Source: Candidatus Dadabacteria bacterium
GTDB lineage: Bacteria; Desulfobacterota_D; UBA1144; Nemesobacterales; Nemesobacteraceae
Direction of reading: 5' to 3'
Length of the DNA stretch: 54,392 bases
NCBI GenBank assembly: GCA_022819805.1
Contig: JAJEGO010000018.1
Span: 1 to 54,392, forward strand
A program made the translations under genes and the position numbers. Below the pieces are notes generated by a model. That model was not told the origin of the DNA, searched no databases, and saw nothing but the letters and a program-made list of their open reading frames with translations. Shown here piece after piece: positions 1-9,779 of the stretch (position 1 is its first letter; each line of letters begins with the position of its first letter).

Positions 1-96
1 TGCAAATTTTAATTGAATTAGTGCCCGAATTATAATATCTTCTATAGTAGGTGGTTTGGTTTCCTGTTCGCAATAGCAATTTAATAGAAACTATAA

Positions 97-1041
97 ATGA
101 GTAGATTTATAACCCTTACCTCTTTTTTGCTTGTCCTGATACTGATTCCTTTTTCATCAAATGCCCAGCGGTTGTATATAAGCACTGAACTGGGATTTGG
201 TATCGGAAATTCCATAGATACTGATGCCAGTGACACTGATTTTCCGACCTTGTGCGACAAGCATCTTGACCCCGACAATCTTTTCTCTGCGCCGGGAGTC
301 ACGGAACCTGAGGGATGCTCTTCCGCGGCGTCAACCTGGAGTAACAGCTTTGATGGTGCAACCGGGGTAATCGCTGGCGTCGCTCTGGGCTTGAGCACAG
401 ATTTCGGTGCGAGAATCGAAGCCGAATATTTTAACTTCGGCGCGCAATACGACGCGACCTCTGCGGTCGGTGGAGGTGGCGGGGATGTTGTGGATAAAGC
501 AACTCAGGAACTTGTCCGTTCTGATGAGCGCATAGGAGCGGTAAATATAAACAGTCTGTTCGCCAACGTTTATTATGACCTTCCGGTCTCCGGACGACTC
601 CGTCCTTATATAGGAGGCGGTGTGGGATTCGGAATGGCCGAAGTGGAATTTGACGCCGTTTGGGCCCGGAATCTGGATCCGGATACCATCAAAACGGCGG
701 ATGGGGCAACTTATAACGGCAGCGGGGATGAAAACGCTGACCGCGAGGCCCTGCATGGGAGAATCGCGGGTGCCGCGACCACGGAAAACCACACTCTCGA
801 AGACACGGTGTTTGGTTATCAGGCGGTGGTCGGAGTGGACTACATGCTGACCGATAATGCTTCAATCGGAGTCAAGGGACGCTGGGTCAGGTACGCCAAG
901 TTCAGCGATGGAGATGAGTGGGACCAGTTGCGCGGTCATGAACCAAACAACGGCCCAGGAACAAATACGGTTGTGTATACGATTGAAACCGACGACTTAA
1001 GTGCGTTCGGGGTCAGTCTGGTAATGAAATATGTGTTTTGA
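97..1041 (+). CDS. Outer-membrane beta-barrel protein (opacity/P44-Msp2-like porin superfamily)
   Basis: Signal peptide, amphipathic beta-strand motifs (LFANVYYDL, PYIGGGVGFG, FGYQAVVGVDY), C-terminal aromatic ...MKYVF. Confidence 0.8.
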   Translation: MSRFITLTSFLLVLILIPFSSNAQRLYISTELGFGIGNSIDTDASDTDFPTLCDKHLDPDNLFSAPGVTEPEGCSSAASTWSNSFDGATGVIAGVALGLSTDFGARIEAEYFNFGAQYDATSAVGGGGGDVVDKATQELVRSDERIGAVNINSLFANVYYDLPVSGRLRPYIGGGVGFGMAEVEFDAVWARNLDPDTIKTADGATYNGSGDENADREALHGRIAGAATTENHTLEDTVFGYQAVVGVDYMLTDNASIGVKGRWVRYAKFSDGDEWDQLRGHEPNNGPGTNTVVYTIETDDLSAFGVSLVMKYVF

Positions 1042-1252
1042 TTTCCGTTTTTTCCAAGTGAAGCGGAAAAAAGTTTAGCGGATCGAGGTCCCTTATGTTT
1101 TCTGGTACATGGCGGTGACTTCATGTAAAAATGGAGGCATTGGGCCGGTCACCGTGAATTCATAGGGGACCCTCGATTCCGCTTCAGCAAAAAATCTGAG
1201 TTCCGCCCTTACAGTTACCTTTTCTGGAACCTTTAAATGGGAATTGTCCCTT

Positions 1253-3871
1253 TTATATGAGATTTCCCAGGTGGCCAAGCATCTTCGGTATGTTGCCGGG
1301 CACATTTCCGCCCGCCTGCGCCATCTCGGCACCCCCGCCCCCTTTTCCGCCGACAATCCCGGCAAGCTCCTTTACGATTTTTCCAGCGTGATACTTGCCG
1401 ACAATATCCTTGGTAATACCCACAAGAATAAAAACCCGGCCTCCGTTCTCAGCGACAAGCACGGCGATCCCCTTACTCATTTTCCCCTTCAGGTAATCCC
1501 AAAGAGAACGCAGTTCTGCAGGTTTCGAAACAGAAACTTTGACCCGAAGGAGATTGACTCCTCCTATGTCCTCAACTTTGTCAATCAGCCCTGCAGCCGT
1601 TTCCACAAGAGTCCTCGCCCTGGAAGATTCGATTTCCGCCTGGAGCCGGGCATTTTCGTCAATCACTCCGGCAAGCCTGGAAAGAAGTTCGGAGCGGGGG
1701 GCGTTAAGGGTGGTGGAGAATTCGTTCAGGATATTCTCCTGCCCTTTCACGTAATCCCATGCCGCCTGGCCGCTCACGGCCTCGATCCTCCTTACCCCCG
1801 CGGAAGACGCGCTCTCGGACACTATCTTCACCATTCCTATCTCGCCCGAGGCCCTGACATGGGTACCGCCGCAAAGCTCCTTGCTGTAATCCCCTATCAT
1901 CACCACCCTCACCCTGTCGCCGTATTTCTCTTCGAATATAGCGGTGGCCCCGTCCTTTATGGCCTCGTCGTACGAAACATCCTCTTTTGTCACGACCTCG
2001 TCATCACGCCTTATTCTCTCGTTGATGCCCTGTTCTATGGAATCGAGCTGCTGTATCTCGATCGATGAATAGTGGCTGAAATCAAACCTGAGCCTGTCGG
2101 GCCCGACGAACGATCCCGCCTGGTTGACGTGATTGCCGAGAACTTCCTTCAGGACGGCGTGAAGCACGTGTGTTGAAGTATGGTGAGCCATGACCCCCTG
2201 CCTGAACACGGGGTCAACCTCCATGTGTACCTGGTCGCCGACCCGTGCGTTTCCCTTCTCGATAACGACATTGTGAATGAAAAACGTGGGGGTGAGCTTT
2301 TGCGTATCAAGGACTTTCGCCTGAAATCCCGGCCCGGCAATTTCACCCCTGTCTCCAATCTGTCCGCCCGACTCCCCGTAAAAAGGGGTGATGTCGGTAA
2401 TTATCTGGGCTTCCTGGCCCTCCCAGGCAGTGTCGGAAACCTCTCCCTGGCTTATTATTCCGGTAACCGAGCCTTCAGAAGAGAGGGTCTTGTAGCCAAC
2501 AAATTCTGTTGTCATCTCTCCGGAAAGCTCAAGCAAAACAGACGCAAGGCCGTCTTCTCCTCCGCCGCGGGCTTTTCTTGACTTGGTTCTCTGTCTCTCC
2601 ATTTCCTTCTCAAAGCCCTGGAGGTCAATATCTATACCCTCGGTTCTGGTTATGTCCTCGGTCAGGTCGACCGGGAACCCGTATGTATCGTAGAGACTGA
2701 AAACCACCTTGCCGGGAAGCTTCTTCTTTTTCCCGAGCTTCGCGATTTCCTGGTTAAGAAGTTCAAGTCCTCTGTCCACCGTCTCGAGGAACCTCTCCTC
2801 CTCGCTTTTTACGACCTGGGATACAAAATCCCCCTTTTCCCTGATCTCGGGATAGGCATCCGCCATGGTCTCCTCAACCGCGGGCAGGACCCTGTAGATA
2901 AAGGGTTCGTCTATACCCAGAAACTTGGAGTGGCGGACGGCTCTTCTGAGTATTCTCCTAAGAACGTATCCCCTGCCCTCGTTTGACGGGAATACTCCGT
3001 CCGAGATGAGAAAGGCGAGCGCTCTTGAGTGATCCGCAATAACCCTCATCGCAACCTCGGTCGAGCGGTCGGTGGAATAATCCTTTCCGGAAAGTTCCTC
3101 TATCCTGCCTATTATCCCTCTTAGAAGGTCGGTCTCATAGTTGCTCCGCACTCCCTGGAGAACCGCCGCAAGTCTTTCAAGTCCAAGCCCCGTGTCGATG
3201 CTGGGACGAGGAAGAGGCGTCATCTCTCCGCTCTGGTTTCTCTCAAACTGCATGAACACGAGATTCCAGAGCTCAAGGTAACGATCGCATTCGCATCCGA
3301 CGGCGCACCCCGCTTTCCCGCAGCCAAGCGATTCTCCCTGATCTATCAGTATCTCGGAACACGGACCGCACGGACCCGTATCCCCCATTGACCAGAAATT
3401 GTCTTTCTCGCCCATCCTCACGATCCTTTTCTTGGCAACGCCGATATTCTTGTTCCAGATCTCAAAAGCCTCGTCGTCGTCCTGATAGACGGTGACCCAG
3501 AGTTTATCCTTGGGAAGCCCGTAAACATTGGTAATAAGATCCCATCCATAATTGATGGCTCCTTCCTTGAAGTAGTCGCCAAAGGAAAAATTCCCGAGCA
3601 TTTCAAAAAAAGTGTGATGTCTCGCCGTATACCCGACGTTGTCAAGATCGTTGTGCTTTCCCCCGGCCCTGAGGCACTTCTGGGAAGAGACCGCTCTTTT
3701 GAAATCCCTGGTCTCGTTCCCGGTGAAAACATTTTTGAACTGAACCATCCCGGCGTTGGTAAAAAGGAGGGTCGGATCGTTCTCCGGGATGAGAATGGAG
3801 CTGCGCACCGGTTCGTGTCCCCTTTCGGAGAAATACTCGATAAATTTTCTTCTGACCTCGGATCCCTTCAT
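1253..3871 (-). CDS. alaS: Alanine--tRNA ligase
   Basis: DPTLLFTNAGMVQFK, HHTFFEMLGNFSFGDYFK, editing HHTSTH and ELCGGTH, C-terminal GGKGGG. Confidence 0.99.
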   Translation of the reverse strand: MKGSEVRRKFIEYFSERGHEPVRSSILIPENDPTLLFTNAGMVQFKNVFTGNETRDFKRAVSSQKCLRAGGKHNDLDNVGYTARHHTFFEMLGNFSFGDYFKEGAINYGWDLITNVYGLPKDKLWVTVYQDDDEAFEIWNKNIGVAKKRIVRMGEKDNFWSMGDTGPCGPCSEILIDQGESLGCGKAGCAVGCECDRYLELWNLVFMQFERNQSGEMTPLPRPSIDTGLGLERLAAVLQGVRSNYETDLLRGIIGRIEELSGKDYSTDRSTEVAMRVIADHSRALAFLISDGVFPSNEGRGYVLRRILRRAVRHSKFLGIDEPFIYRVLPAVEETMADAYPEIREKGDFVSQVVKSEEERFLETVDRGLELLNQEIAKLGKKKKLPGKVVFSLYDTYGFPVDLTEDITRTEGIDIDLQGFEKEMERQRTKSRKARGGGEDGLASVLLELSGEMTTEFVGYKTLSSEGSVTGIISQGEVSDTAWEGQEAQIITDITPFYGESGGQIGDRGEIAGPGFQAKVLDTQKLTPTFFIHNVVIEKGNARVGDQVHMEVDPVFRQGVMAHHTSTHVLHAVLKEVLGNHVNQAGSFVGPDRLRFDFSHYSSIEIQQLDSIEQGINERIRRDDEVVTKEDVSYDEAIKDGATAIFEEKYGDRVRVVMIGDYSKELCGGTHVRASGEIGMVKIVSESASSAGVRRIEAVSGQAAWDYVKGQENILNEFSTTLNAPRSELLSRLAGVIDENARLQAEIESSRARTLVETAAGLIDKVEDIGGVNLLRVKVSVSKPAELRSLWDYLKGKMSKGIAVLVAENGGRVFILVGITKDIVGKYHAGKIVKELAGIVGGKGGGGAEMAQAGGNVPGNIPKMLGHLGNLI

Positions 3872-4004
3872 CTAACAAACCCCCGGGCACACAGTACGGT
3901 GAACCGCTATCGGCTGAGAAGCCGGTTTTCGGCCCGGATGAGAAAATATAACAGGAATGGTAGAAAACTAAATTGAAAAGGGGGAGCGAAGCAAGGAAAG
4001 AGCG

Positions 4005-5525
4005 CTATTTTCCGGTCCGCTGCAACGCTTCTTCCTCGACCCCGGTAACGGCGTAGCAGAGATTCCCGTCGACCTTCTCACGTCTCACTTCGAGATAATC
4101 GCTCGCGCCCTCGCGGAAGCCGGTCGTAACAAATACGCTCCAAGGCTTCGCCCCGTCGCAAAGAGCCTTGGCCTCGTCCACAAAGGGTTTGGCGAGCGCG
4201 AAAACATCCGATTCCTCAGACACCGGCAAATCAGCCGAGGAAATGCCCATCTTAAGCTTTATATCCGACCGGGCGGATACTTTCTGCCCATCGACCACCC
4301 CGGCAAAAAGCTGCATCATCTCAACCGCACAGCACACGCAGCCGAGCTTCGCGGCGGGTCCAAGATCGGGATCGGAGTTGGCGAAGAAAGCCACGACCTC
4401 ATCGCGAAGTATGGCCTCTACGGTTCCTCCGAAGGAACTTATAGTGGTTGAAACAAATTTTCTGTAATCGGCCGTAAGAGAGTTGACGCTGGCCGACGAA
4501 ACATCTTCGATCAGGTTTTCAAAATCCGCGATCTTTACGACGAGTATGCTGACATCTGTCTTCTCTCCCTCGGAATCTGCAATTTCGGTAACAGCAGAGG
4601 GAGTCTCCTGTCCGGGTTCCGTATCCTCTTCATCGGAAACATGCACAATTTCCACCAGACCCTCTTCAAAGGAATCTTCGGGGACCTCAGAGGGAGTCTC
4701 CTGTTCGGGTTCTGTATCCTCCTCATCGGAAACATGCACGACCTCCACCAGACCCTCTTCAAAGGAATCTTCGGGGACCTCGAATGGAGAAACTTCAGAC
4801 GGTTGCTCCTGGCTTAAGACTATCTGCGGACGGAAATCCGTCTGCAGTTCATCGGAACGGTCAAAGTCCGCACCTACTGACTCTTCTGTGTCGTCCCGCT
4901 CAGCCGGTCCGCCTTCAAGCGAAGAGGCCATTTCGTTGAATTCACGGCAGAGCCACTGAACCCCCGCCCCCGCGATGAGCGAAGACCGTCCATCCAGACG
5001 AACCGAGTAGTCTCCGCCGGCGACGGAGCCCACGGCTTCAGAGAATTCTCCCAGAAACCTGAACGCCCGATCGCTTATAAAGCGTATCAGGGAGGCAAAT
5101 ACAACCGCCATCAGGGAAGCGAAAATGAGGCTCCAGAGCAGAGCGTCAAAGTAGAACTTCTTGCTGACGGAGCTTTTCAGCCCCAAAAGGACGGTCTTTC
5201 CCTCAGGTCCCTTGAACGCGAGCTTCTCAAAACCCTTGTCATCCTGAAAACCGAAGCTCTTCTTAAGCACCCCGTTATGATCAAGGAGCCTTACGTACCC
5301 CACATCGTTTCTCGTATCGAGAACGCTTCTGGCGCGATCGGCGAAAAACTGCTCCTCGCCGAACACTTCTTCCATCTCCGCGACTCTTAGGTCGGCGTAC
5401 CTCTCCGGGAAATAAAAATACTGGAACACGAAGAGCGCTGAAAACGAAATCAAAAAACAGAAAATAAATACGGGAGTAAATGGAACTAGATTGAAAGATT
5501 TTTTCCGGTTTTTCAAAGGACTCAA
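4005..5525 (-). CDS. Membrane protein with HAMP-like segment, acidic linker and degenerate class III nucleotide cyclase-like domain
   Basis: Two TM segments, HAMP-like 'EFNEMASSL', C-terminal 'VSILVVKIADF...FGGTVEAILRDEVVAFF...LKMGIS' resembling the cyclase fold; TTG start uncertain. Confidence 0.6.
   Translation of the reverse strand: MSPLKNRKKSFNLVPFTPVFIFCFLISFSALFVFQYFYFPERYADLRVAEMEEVFGEEQFFADRARSVLDTRNDVGYVRLLDHNGVLKKSFGFQDDKGFEKLAFKGPEGKTVLLGLKSSVSKKFYFDALLWSLIFASLMAVVFASLIRFISDRAFRFLGEFSEAVGSVAGGDYSVRLDGRSSLIAGAGVQWLCREFNEMASSLEGGPAERDDTEESVGADFDRSDELQTDFRPQIVLSQEQPSEVSPFEVPEDSFEEGLVEVVHVSDEEDTEPEQETPSEVPEDSFEEGLVEIVHVSDEEDTEPGQETPSAVTEIADSEGEKTDVSILVVKIADFENLIEDVSSASVNSLTADYRKFVSTTISSFGGTVEAILRDEVVAFFANSDPDLGPAAKLGCVCCAVEMMQLFAGVVDGQKVSARSDIKLKMGISSADLPVSEESDVFALAKPFVDEAKALCDGAKPWSVFVTTGFREGASDYLEVRREKVDGNLCYAVTGVEEEALQRTGK
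4596..4781. repeat. Two near-identical 93-bp tandem repeats (31 aa: EVPEDSFEEGLVEvVHVSDEEDTEPxQETPS)
   Basis: agagggagtctcctg starts at 4596 and again at 4689; the units align along their full length. Confidence 0.95.
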
Positions 5526-5627
5526 GGTAAATTTCCGTCTAAACTATCCAGAAGGACAACATACCGGCAAATACATTCAATAATTATAATAGGAGAAAAA
5601 CAAAAAACTAGTTTTACGGGGAACCGC

Positions 5628-5882
5628 TCAGGCGGGAACTACGGAAACCTTTGTTCTGCCCTTTCCGGATTTCTGAAATTTCACGACCCCGTCGGCCATT
5701 GCGAATATCGTGTAATCCTTTCCAAGCCCCACGTTCAGACCAGGCTTGATGCTGGTACCGCGTTGCCTTACTATTATGTTCCCCTTGACAACCGGCTGGC
5801 CTCCGAATTTCTTTACGCCAAGCCTTCTGCCTATTGAATCCCTTCCGTTTTTGGAGCTTCCGCCGCCTTTTTTAGTCGCCAT
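5628..5882 (-). CDS. rpmA: 50S ribosomal protein L27
   Basis: [16 protein letters not shown]...RLGVK...IIVRQRGT. Confidence 0.99.
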   Translation of the reverse strand: MATKKGGGSSKNGRDSIGRRLGVKKFGGQPVVKGNIIVRQRGTSIKPGLNVGLGKDYTIFAMADGVVKFQKSGKGRTKVSVVPA

Positions 5883-5901
5883 GCTTATCGGCCTCCGCGA
5901 A

Positions 5902-6216
5902 TCAAGAGCTTATGCTCGTAATCTCGACGCTGGTCAGGTTCTGGCGATGGCCCGCCTTTTTCCTGTACCCTTTCCTTCTTTTGAACTTGAAGACTACTAT
6001 CTTCTCGCCCTTTTTCTGTTTTACTATTCTACCCTCAACTCTGGCACTTTCAACAACAGGGCTGCCCACCTTAACGTCCTCCCCGTCAGCGGATACGAGC
6101 AGAACTTCCTCAAAGTTCACCTCTTCGCCGGGTTCGCCGGAGATTTTCTCTATGTCGATAATGTCACCGGGCTTGACTATATACTGTTTTCCGCCGGTCT
6201 TTATAACAGCGTGCAT
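5902..6216 (-). CDS. rplU: 50S ribosomal protein L21
   Basis: [10 protein letters not shown]...[14 protein letters not shown]; upstream of rpmA. Confidence 0.99.
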   Translation of the reverse strand: MHAVIKTGGKQYIVKPGDIIDIEKISGEPGEEVNFEEVLLVSADGEDVKVGSPVVESARVEGRIVKQKKGEKIVVFKFKRRKGYRKKAGHRQNLTSVEITSISS

Positions 6217-6270
6217 AACATCCTCCGCACTTTATGGAAGCACTATTTTGCCTGTTAGAAAATTCCTTTG

Positions 6271-6849
6271 TCAAATGCCGCCCTGAAGATCCCATTCCCC
6301 GAGGCGGGTGTAGCGGGATCCCCGGGGTCCAAGTTCGCTCCGCACAAGACCGATCCTGGTAATATGGAACTCCGCTCTGTGCGGTCGAGAAACTTTTGCG
6401 ATCCCCTCAAAACTTCCTCTGATCCTGCCCAGAGTCACATGCGGGATGAATTTTCTTTTCTCCTTCTCAAACCCGTTCCGCAGGACCGCTTCCTGCACTT
6501 TGTCAAAAACAGACTGAAACCGCCCGGTCTTCACGAGACCCAGGGCCAGCACCCTGGGATTTCTCGGGCCCGGAAACAGGCAAAAATCGTCAAACGCGGA
6601 ATCTATGCCCCCCGAACCGCGAACCGCGGAACCCACATCGGCCGATATGCTCTCAAGGCGGGATTCATCAACATCTCCAAGAAACCTGAGCGTGACGTGG
6701 AGTTTCTCCCTCGGCTCCCACCTTACGCCCCGAAGAGAACTCCTAAGCGACTGGACGTGGCGAAAAAGCGCGTCTTTGGTTTCCTCGGGAAGAAAGGCCG
6801 CGATGAAAAGTCTCAAGAGCAAAGCCTCCCCGTCCGCTACTTCACGCAC
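6271..6849 (-). CDS. thpR: RNA 2',3'-cyclic phosphodiesterase (2H family)
   Basis: RLFIA N-terminus, two HxT motifs (LHVTL, PHVTL), SEL..G..Y C-terminus; start uncertain. Confidence 0.92.
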   Translation of the reverse strand: MREVADGEALLLRLFIAAFLPEETKDALFRHVQSLRSSLRGVRWEPREKLHVTLRFLGDVDESRLESISADVGSAVRGSGGIDSAFDDFCLFPGPRNPRVLALGLVKTGRFQSVFDKVQEAVLRNGFEKEKRKFIPHVTLGRIRGSFEGIAKVSRPHRAEFHITRIGLVRSELGPRGSRYTRLGEWDLQGGI

Positions 6850-8102
6850 CAGGTGGAAAACGAATCATTCTTGCCCCGGGAGAGCGGAAGCTTGTTCTCA
6901 CCGTTTAAATACATGAGATATATCTGCCTTTTCCCCCGCTTCTTTGAAGAGAAAGTGATGTAGTGACCATCGGGAGACCACGAAGGATGCTCGTTTTTTC
7001 CCGAAGAGGTAAGCCTCTGCTGGCCCCGGCCGTCAGGTCCCACGGCGTAGATGTCGGCCTCGGACCTTCTTACTTTCACAAACGCTATACGGTTGACCAG
7101 GGGGCTTGGAGACCAGACCGGGTCGGTATTGTAGCCCTCCGAGGTAATTCTTGCCGCCCGGCCCCCCTCGGAACTTATCACGTATATGTTCGGCGCCCCC
7201 GCCCGATCCGACACAAAGGCAATTTTTCCGCCGTCGGGAGACCAGGTGGGGGAGATATCTATGGCGGGAGACCTGGTAAGCCGCTTGAGTATTTCCCCTG
7301 AGGACGAAGCTATGTATATGTCTCCGTTGCGGCTAAACGCCACGCGCCTGCCGTCCGGGGACCAGCTCGGAGAACTGTCGAGGTGAATGCCCCGGGTTAT
7401 TCTCCTGCCCTCGGCGGGAAGGCGGGTGGCCTTGAAATTCAGCAGGTAGACGTCATGGTCCCAGCTTCTGTCGGAAGTGAAAACCACCTGGCTTCCGTCA
7501 GACGAACAGTCAGGAGAGAGGACCGAAGATCCGTGATTGGTAAGCTTTTTTGCGTTGTGCCCGTCGTAATCCATGATAAAGAGATCACTTCCATGACCGT
7601 CCTTCCTGACAAACACGACCTCGGAGTCAAAAAACCCGTCAAGGCCGGTAATCTCCTTCATAAGTTCGCCCGCGAACTTGTGCACCACGTTCCTTATGTG
7701 GCGCGGAGACGCCGTGTATCTCCTTCTCATGCGCTCCTGTCGGCCGGGCACATCGTAAACTACGAGATCGTAAGAGACCTCCCGAGGCGAAACATCGAAA
7801 TTTCCGCTCACCAGATATCTGGTCCTCTGAGCATGCAGATGTTCGAAATCTATATCTTCAAAGGGGGATGAAAACAGGATGTTCACCTGGCGGACGTCAA
7901 AAAGGGCCGCGTTGGTAAGATCGTTCTTCAGGATATCAGTGAAATTCTTCCCGTATACGCTTAAATCCCCCCTGGCCTTAAGCACCGCGAGGGCAATCGG
8001 TATTTTTTTTATCGAGGAAGCGGCCGGGGGAAGCTGTATCTGCGCGCTCGCCAGGCAGGGAATAAACAAGAGCGTAAAGAAAACCGCAAGAGCTGATCTC
8101 AT
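6837..8102 (-). CDS. tolB: TolB-family beta-propeller periplasmic protein
   Basis: Signal peptide from ATG 8102 (MRSALAVFF), TolB N-domain, repeated PSWSPDG (PD40) motifs. Confidence 0.9.
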   Translation of the reverse strand: MRSALAVFFTLLFIPCLASAQIQLPPAASSIKKIPIALAVLKARGDLSVYGKNFTDILKNDLTNAALFDVRQVNILFSSPFEDIDFEHLHAQRTRYLVSGNFDVSPREVSYDLVVYDVPGRQERMRRRYTASPRHIRNVVHKFAGELMKEITGLDGFFDSEVVFVRKDGHGSDLFIMDYDGHNAKKLTNHGSSVLSPDCSSDGSQVVFTSDRSWDHDVYLLNFKATRLPAEGRRITRGIHLDSSPSWSPDGRRVAFSRNGDIYIASSSGEILKRLTRSPAIDISPTWSPDGGKIAFVSDRAGAPNIYVISSEGGRAARITSEGYNTDPVWSPSPLVNRIAFVKVRRSEADIYAVGPDGRGQQRLTSSGKNEHPSWSPDGHYITFSSKKRGKRQIYLMYLNGENKLPLSRGKNDSFSTWCVK

Positions 8103-8179
8103 CTTTATTTTTCTTTCCAAGCGCCGAGGCCGCGGACGGAAAATGATCTCGCGGCGAAAACACATCCTGAGATAAACCT

Positions 8180-8776
8180 TCAGTCAGTCAGTTCAACGTT
8201 CCAGTAAGACACATCGACAAAGCTCAGAAAAGGCTCCCACTCCTCATACCTAACGGTCCTGAAGTGGAGGTTGGAAAAAATACTGGCAGCGGGTTTCACA
8301 GGTTTGGCGAGCAGTTTCATGTTCGCCTGCTCGGGAGTCTTTCCTCCCTTTTTCCTGTTGCACTTAACGCAACAGCACACTATGTTATCCCAGGTACTTC
8401 TTCCGCCCATTGACCGCGGAATCACATGGTCAAGGGTAAGATCTCTTTTCGGAAAAGCCTTCGCGCAGTACTGGCAGGTGTCCGCGTCCCTTCTGAAGAT
8501 GTTTATCCTGTTGAACTTGGGCTGCTTTCTGTGATACCCCTCATACCTGACGAGAATTATCACCCGGGGAGCCTTTATGACGTTGGTGACGGTCCTCACG
8601 CAGTCGTCAGCGTCGACCGAACGGATATCCTTCCACGAATCGAAGTCAAAGGTCTCATACTCCCTGTTTACGGCCCTCGCGGCACCGCCATAAAGAAGGA
8701 TAAAAGCCCTCTTAAGGCTCGTTACCGAGACAGGGACGAAAAATCTGTTCAAAACCAGTACCGGTGACTGAAGCAT
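8180..8776 (-). CDS. HNH endonuclease family protein
   Basis: VLVLN, RD..TCQYC, LTLDHVIPRSMGG, CVKCNRKKG. Confidence 0.92.
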   Translation of the reverse strand: MLQSPVLVLNRFFVPVSVTSLKRAFILLYGGAARAVNREYETFDFDSWKDIRSVDADDCVRTVTNVIKAPRVIILVRYEGYHRKQPKFNRINIFRRDADTCQYCAKAFPKRDLTLDHVIPRSMGGRSTWDNIVCCCVKCNRKKGGKTPEQANMKLLAKPVKPAASIFSNLHFRTVRYEEWEPFLSFVDVSYWNVELTD

Positions 8777-8891
8777 ATTAGCCGACTAATTTACCGGCTT
8801 GGAAAGGTTATTCAAGCACGCGGCGGCACTTTTATTTTCCTTAACTGTTCGTTAAAATTGTCACCGCCCGGCCAAGAGGAAGTCTCTTAAC

Positions 8892-9020
8892 ATGGAAATG
8901 AAAACCAACCTGCTGATTCAGATAATCCTCTGCGCAACGCTTTTTCTGTCCATATTCCTTCTCTCAAGATCAAACTCCGAAGCGGAAAAACAACTTCAGT
9001 CCGGAGAAGAGAAGAAGTAG
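8892..9020 (+). CDS. Putative 42-aa single-TM small protein (MEMKTNLLIQIILCATLFLSIFLLSRSNSEAEKQLQSGEEKK)
   Basis: Read by hand: AGAGGA upstream, ATG 8892, hydrophobic helix, TAG directly abutting the lgt ATG. Confidence 0.45.
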   Translation: MEMKTNLLIQIILCATLFLSIFLLSRSNSEAEKQLQSGEEKK

Positions 9021-9779
9021 ATGTTTCCTGAACTTCTCAGAATAGGCGATTTTCATATTACCTCTTTCGGAGCGATGGTCGCCGTCTCTTTTCTCGTCGC
9101 TTTCTGGGTTTCCGGAATGGAGTTTGAGAGAAAAGGAATGTCCAGGCGACTTCACGAACACGTTTTTCTCGCCGCTCTCGTTGGAGGCATACTGGGCGCC
9201 AAGTTCCTTTTCCTGATCGAGAACGTCCCCATAAGCGATCTTCTTTCTCACCCCAAGCATTATCTGCTTCTAAGGGGCGGCCTTACTTTCTACGGGGGGC
9301 TTTTTCTGGCTCTCTTCGCCTCTTTCGTAATAACAAAAAAACACAAGGAAAGCTTCTGGAAGGTTCTCGACGCCACCGCCCCGGCCCTCGTAATAGCTTA
9401 CGCGACCGGAAGGGTCGGCTGCTTTCTGGTCGGAGACGATTACGGAATCGCCTCCACGCTTCCCTGGGCAATGCCGTTTCCGAAGGGTTCCCCCCCGACA
9501 CTTGAGGCGGTTCATCCGACTCAGGTTTATGAAACGATCATAATGTCGCTTGTGTTCTTAGCGCTGTGGAAGATGAGAAAGAAGGACAGGCCCATCGGCT
9601 GGCTCGCCAGCATATACCTTGTGCTCGCGGGTCTTGAAAGGTTCTTTGTCGAGTTCATAAGAACCACCACCGAAAGCCCGATATCCGGCCTTTCGGTAGC
9701 GCAGGTAATGGCACTTATTCTGATTTTTATCGGAACGCTTAAGTATATGTCCGTTCGCAAACGCAGTGAATCGCCTTGA
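9021..9779 (+). CDS. lgt: Prolipoprotein diacylglyceryl transferase
   Basis: GGLTFYGG, GRVGCFLVGDDYG, HPTQVYE, RFFVEFIR. Confidence 0.96.
   Translation: MFPELLRIGDFHITSFGAMVAVSFLVAFWVSGMEFERKGMSRRLHEHVFLAALVGGILGAKFLFLIENVPISDLLSHPKHYLLLRGGLTFYGGLFLALFASFVITKKHKESFWKVLDATAPALVIAYATGRVGCFLVGDDYGIASTLPWAMPFPKGSPPTLEAVHPTQVYETIIMSLVFLALWKMRKKDRPIGWLASIYLVLAGLERFFVEFIRTTTESPISGLSVAQVMALILIFIGTLKYMSVRKRSESP

Noticed and set aside
1239-1250. gggaattgtccc next to the alaS stop as another cassette end
   Set aside because: Matches only 7 bp of the motif and has no partner repeat
1093-1365. 90-aa minus-strand ORF overlapping the alaS 3' end
   Set aside because: Overlaps alaS out of frame, with no credible start or motif; at most a remnant
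8180-8776. HNH gene as a mobile or defence nuclease
   Set aside because: Widespread short HNH type, core-like composition, embedded in the tolB-thpR-rplU run
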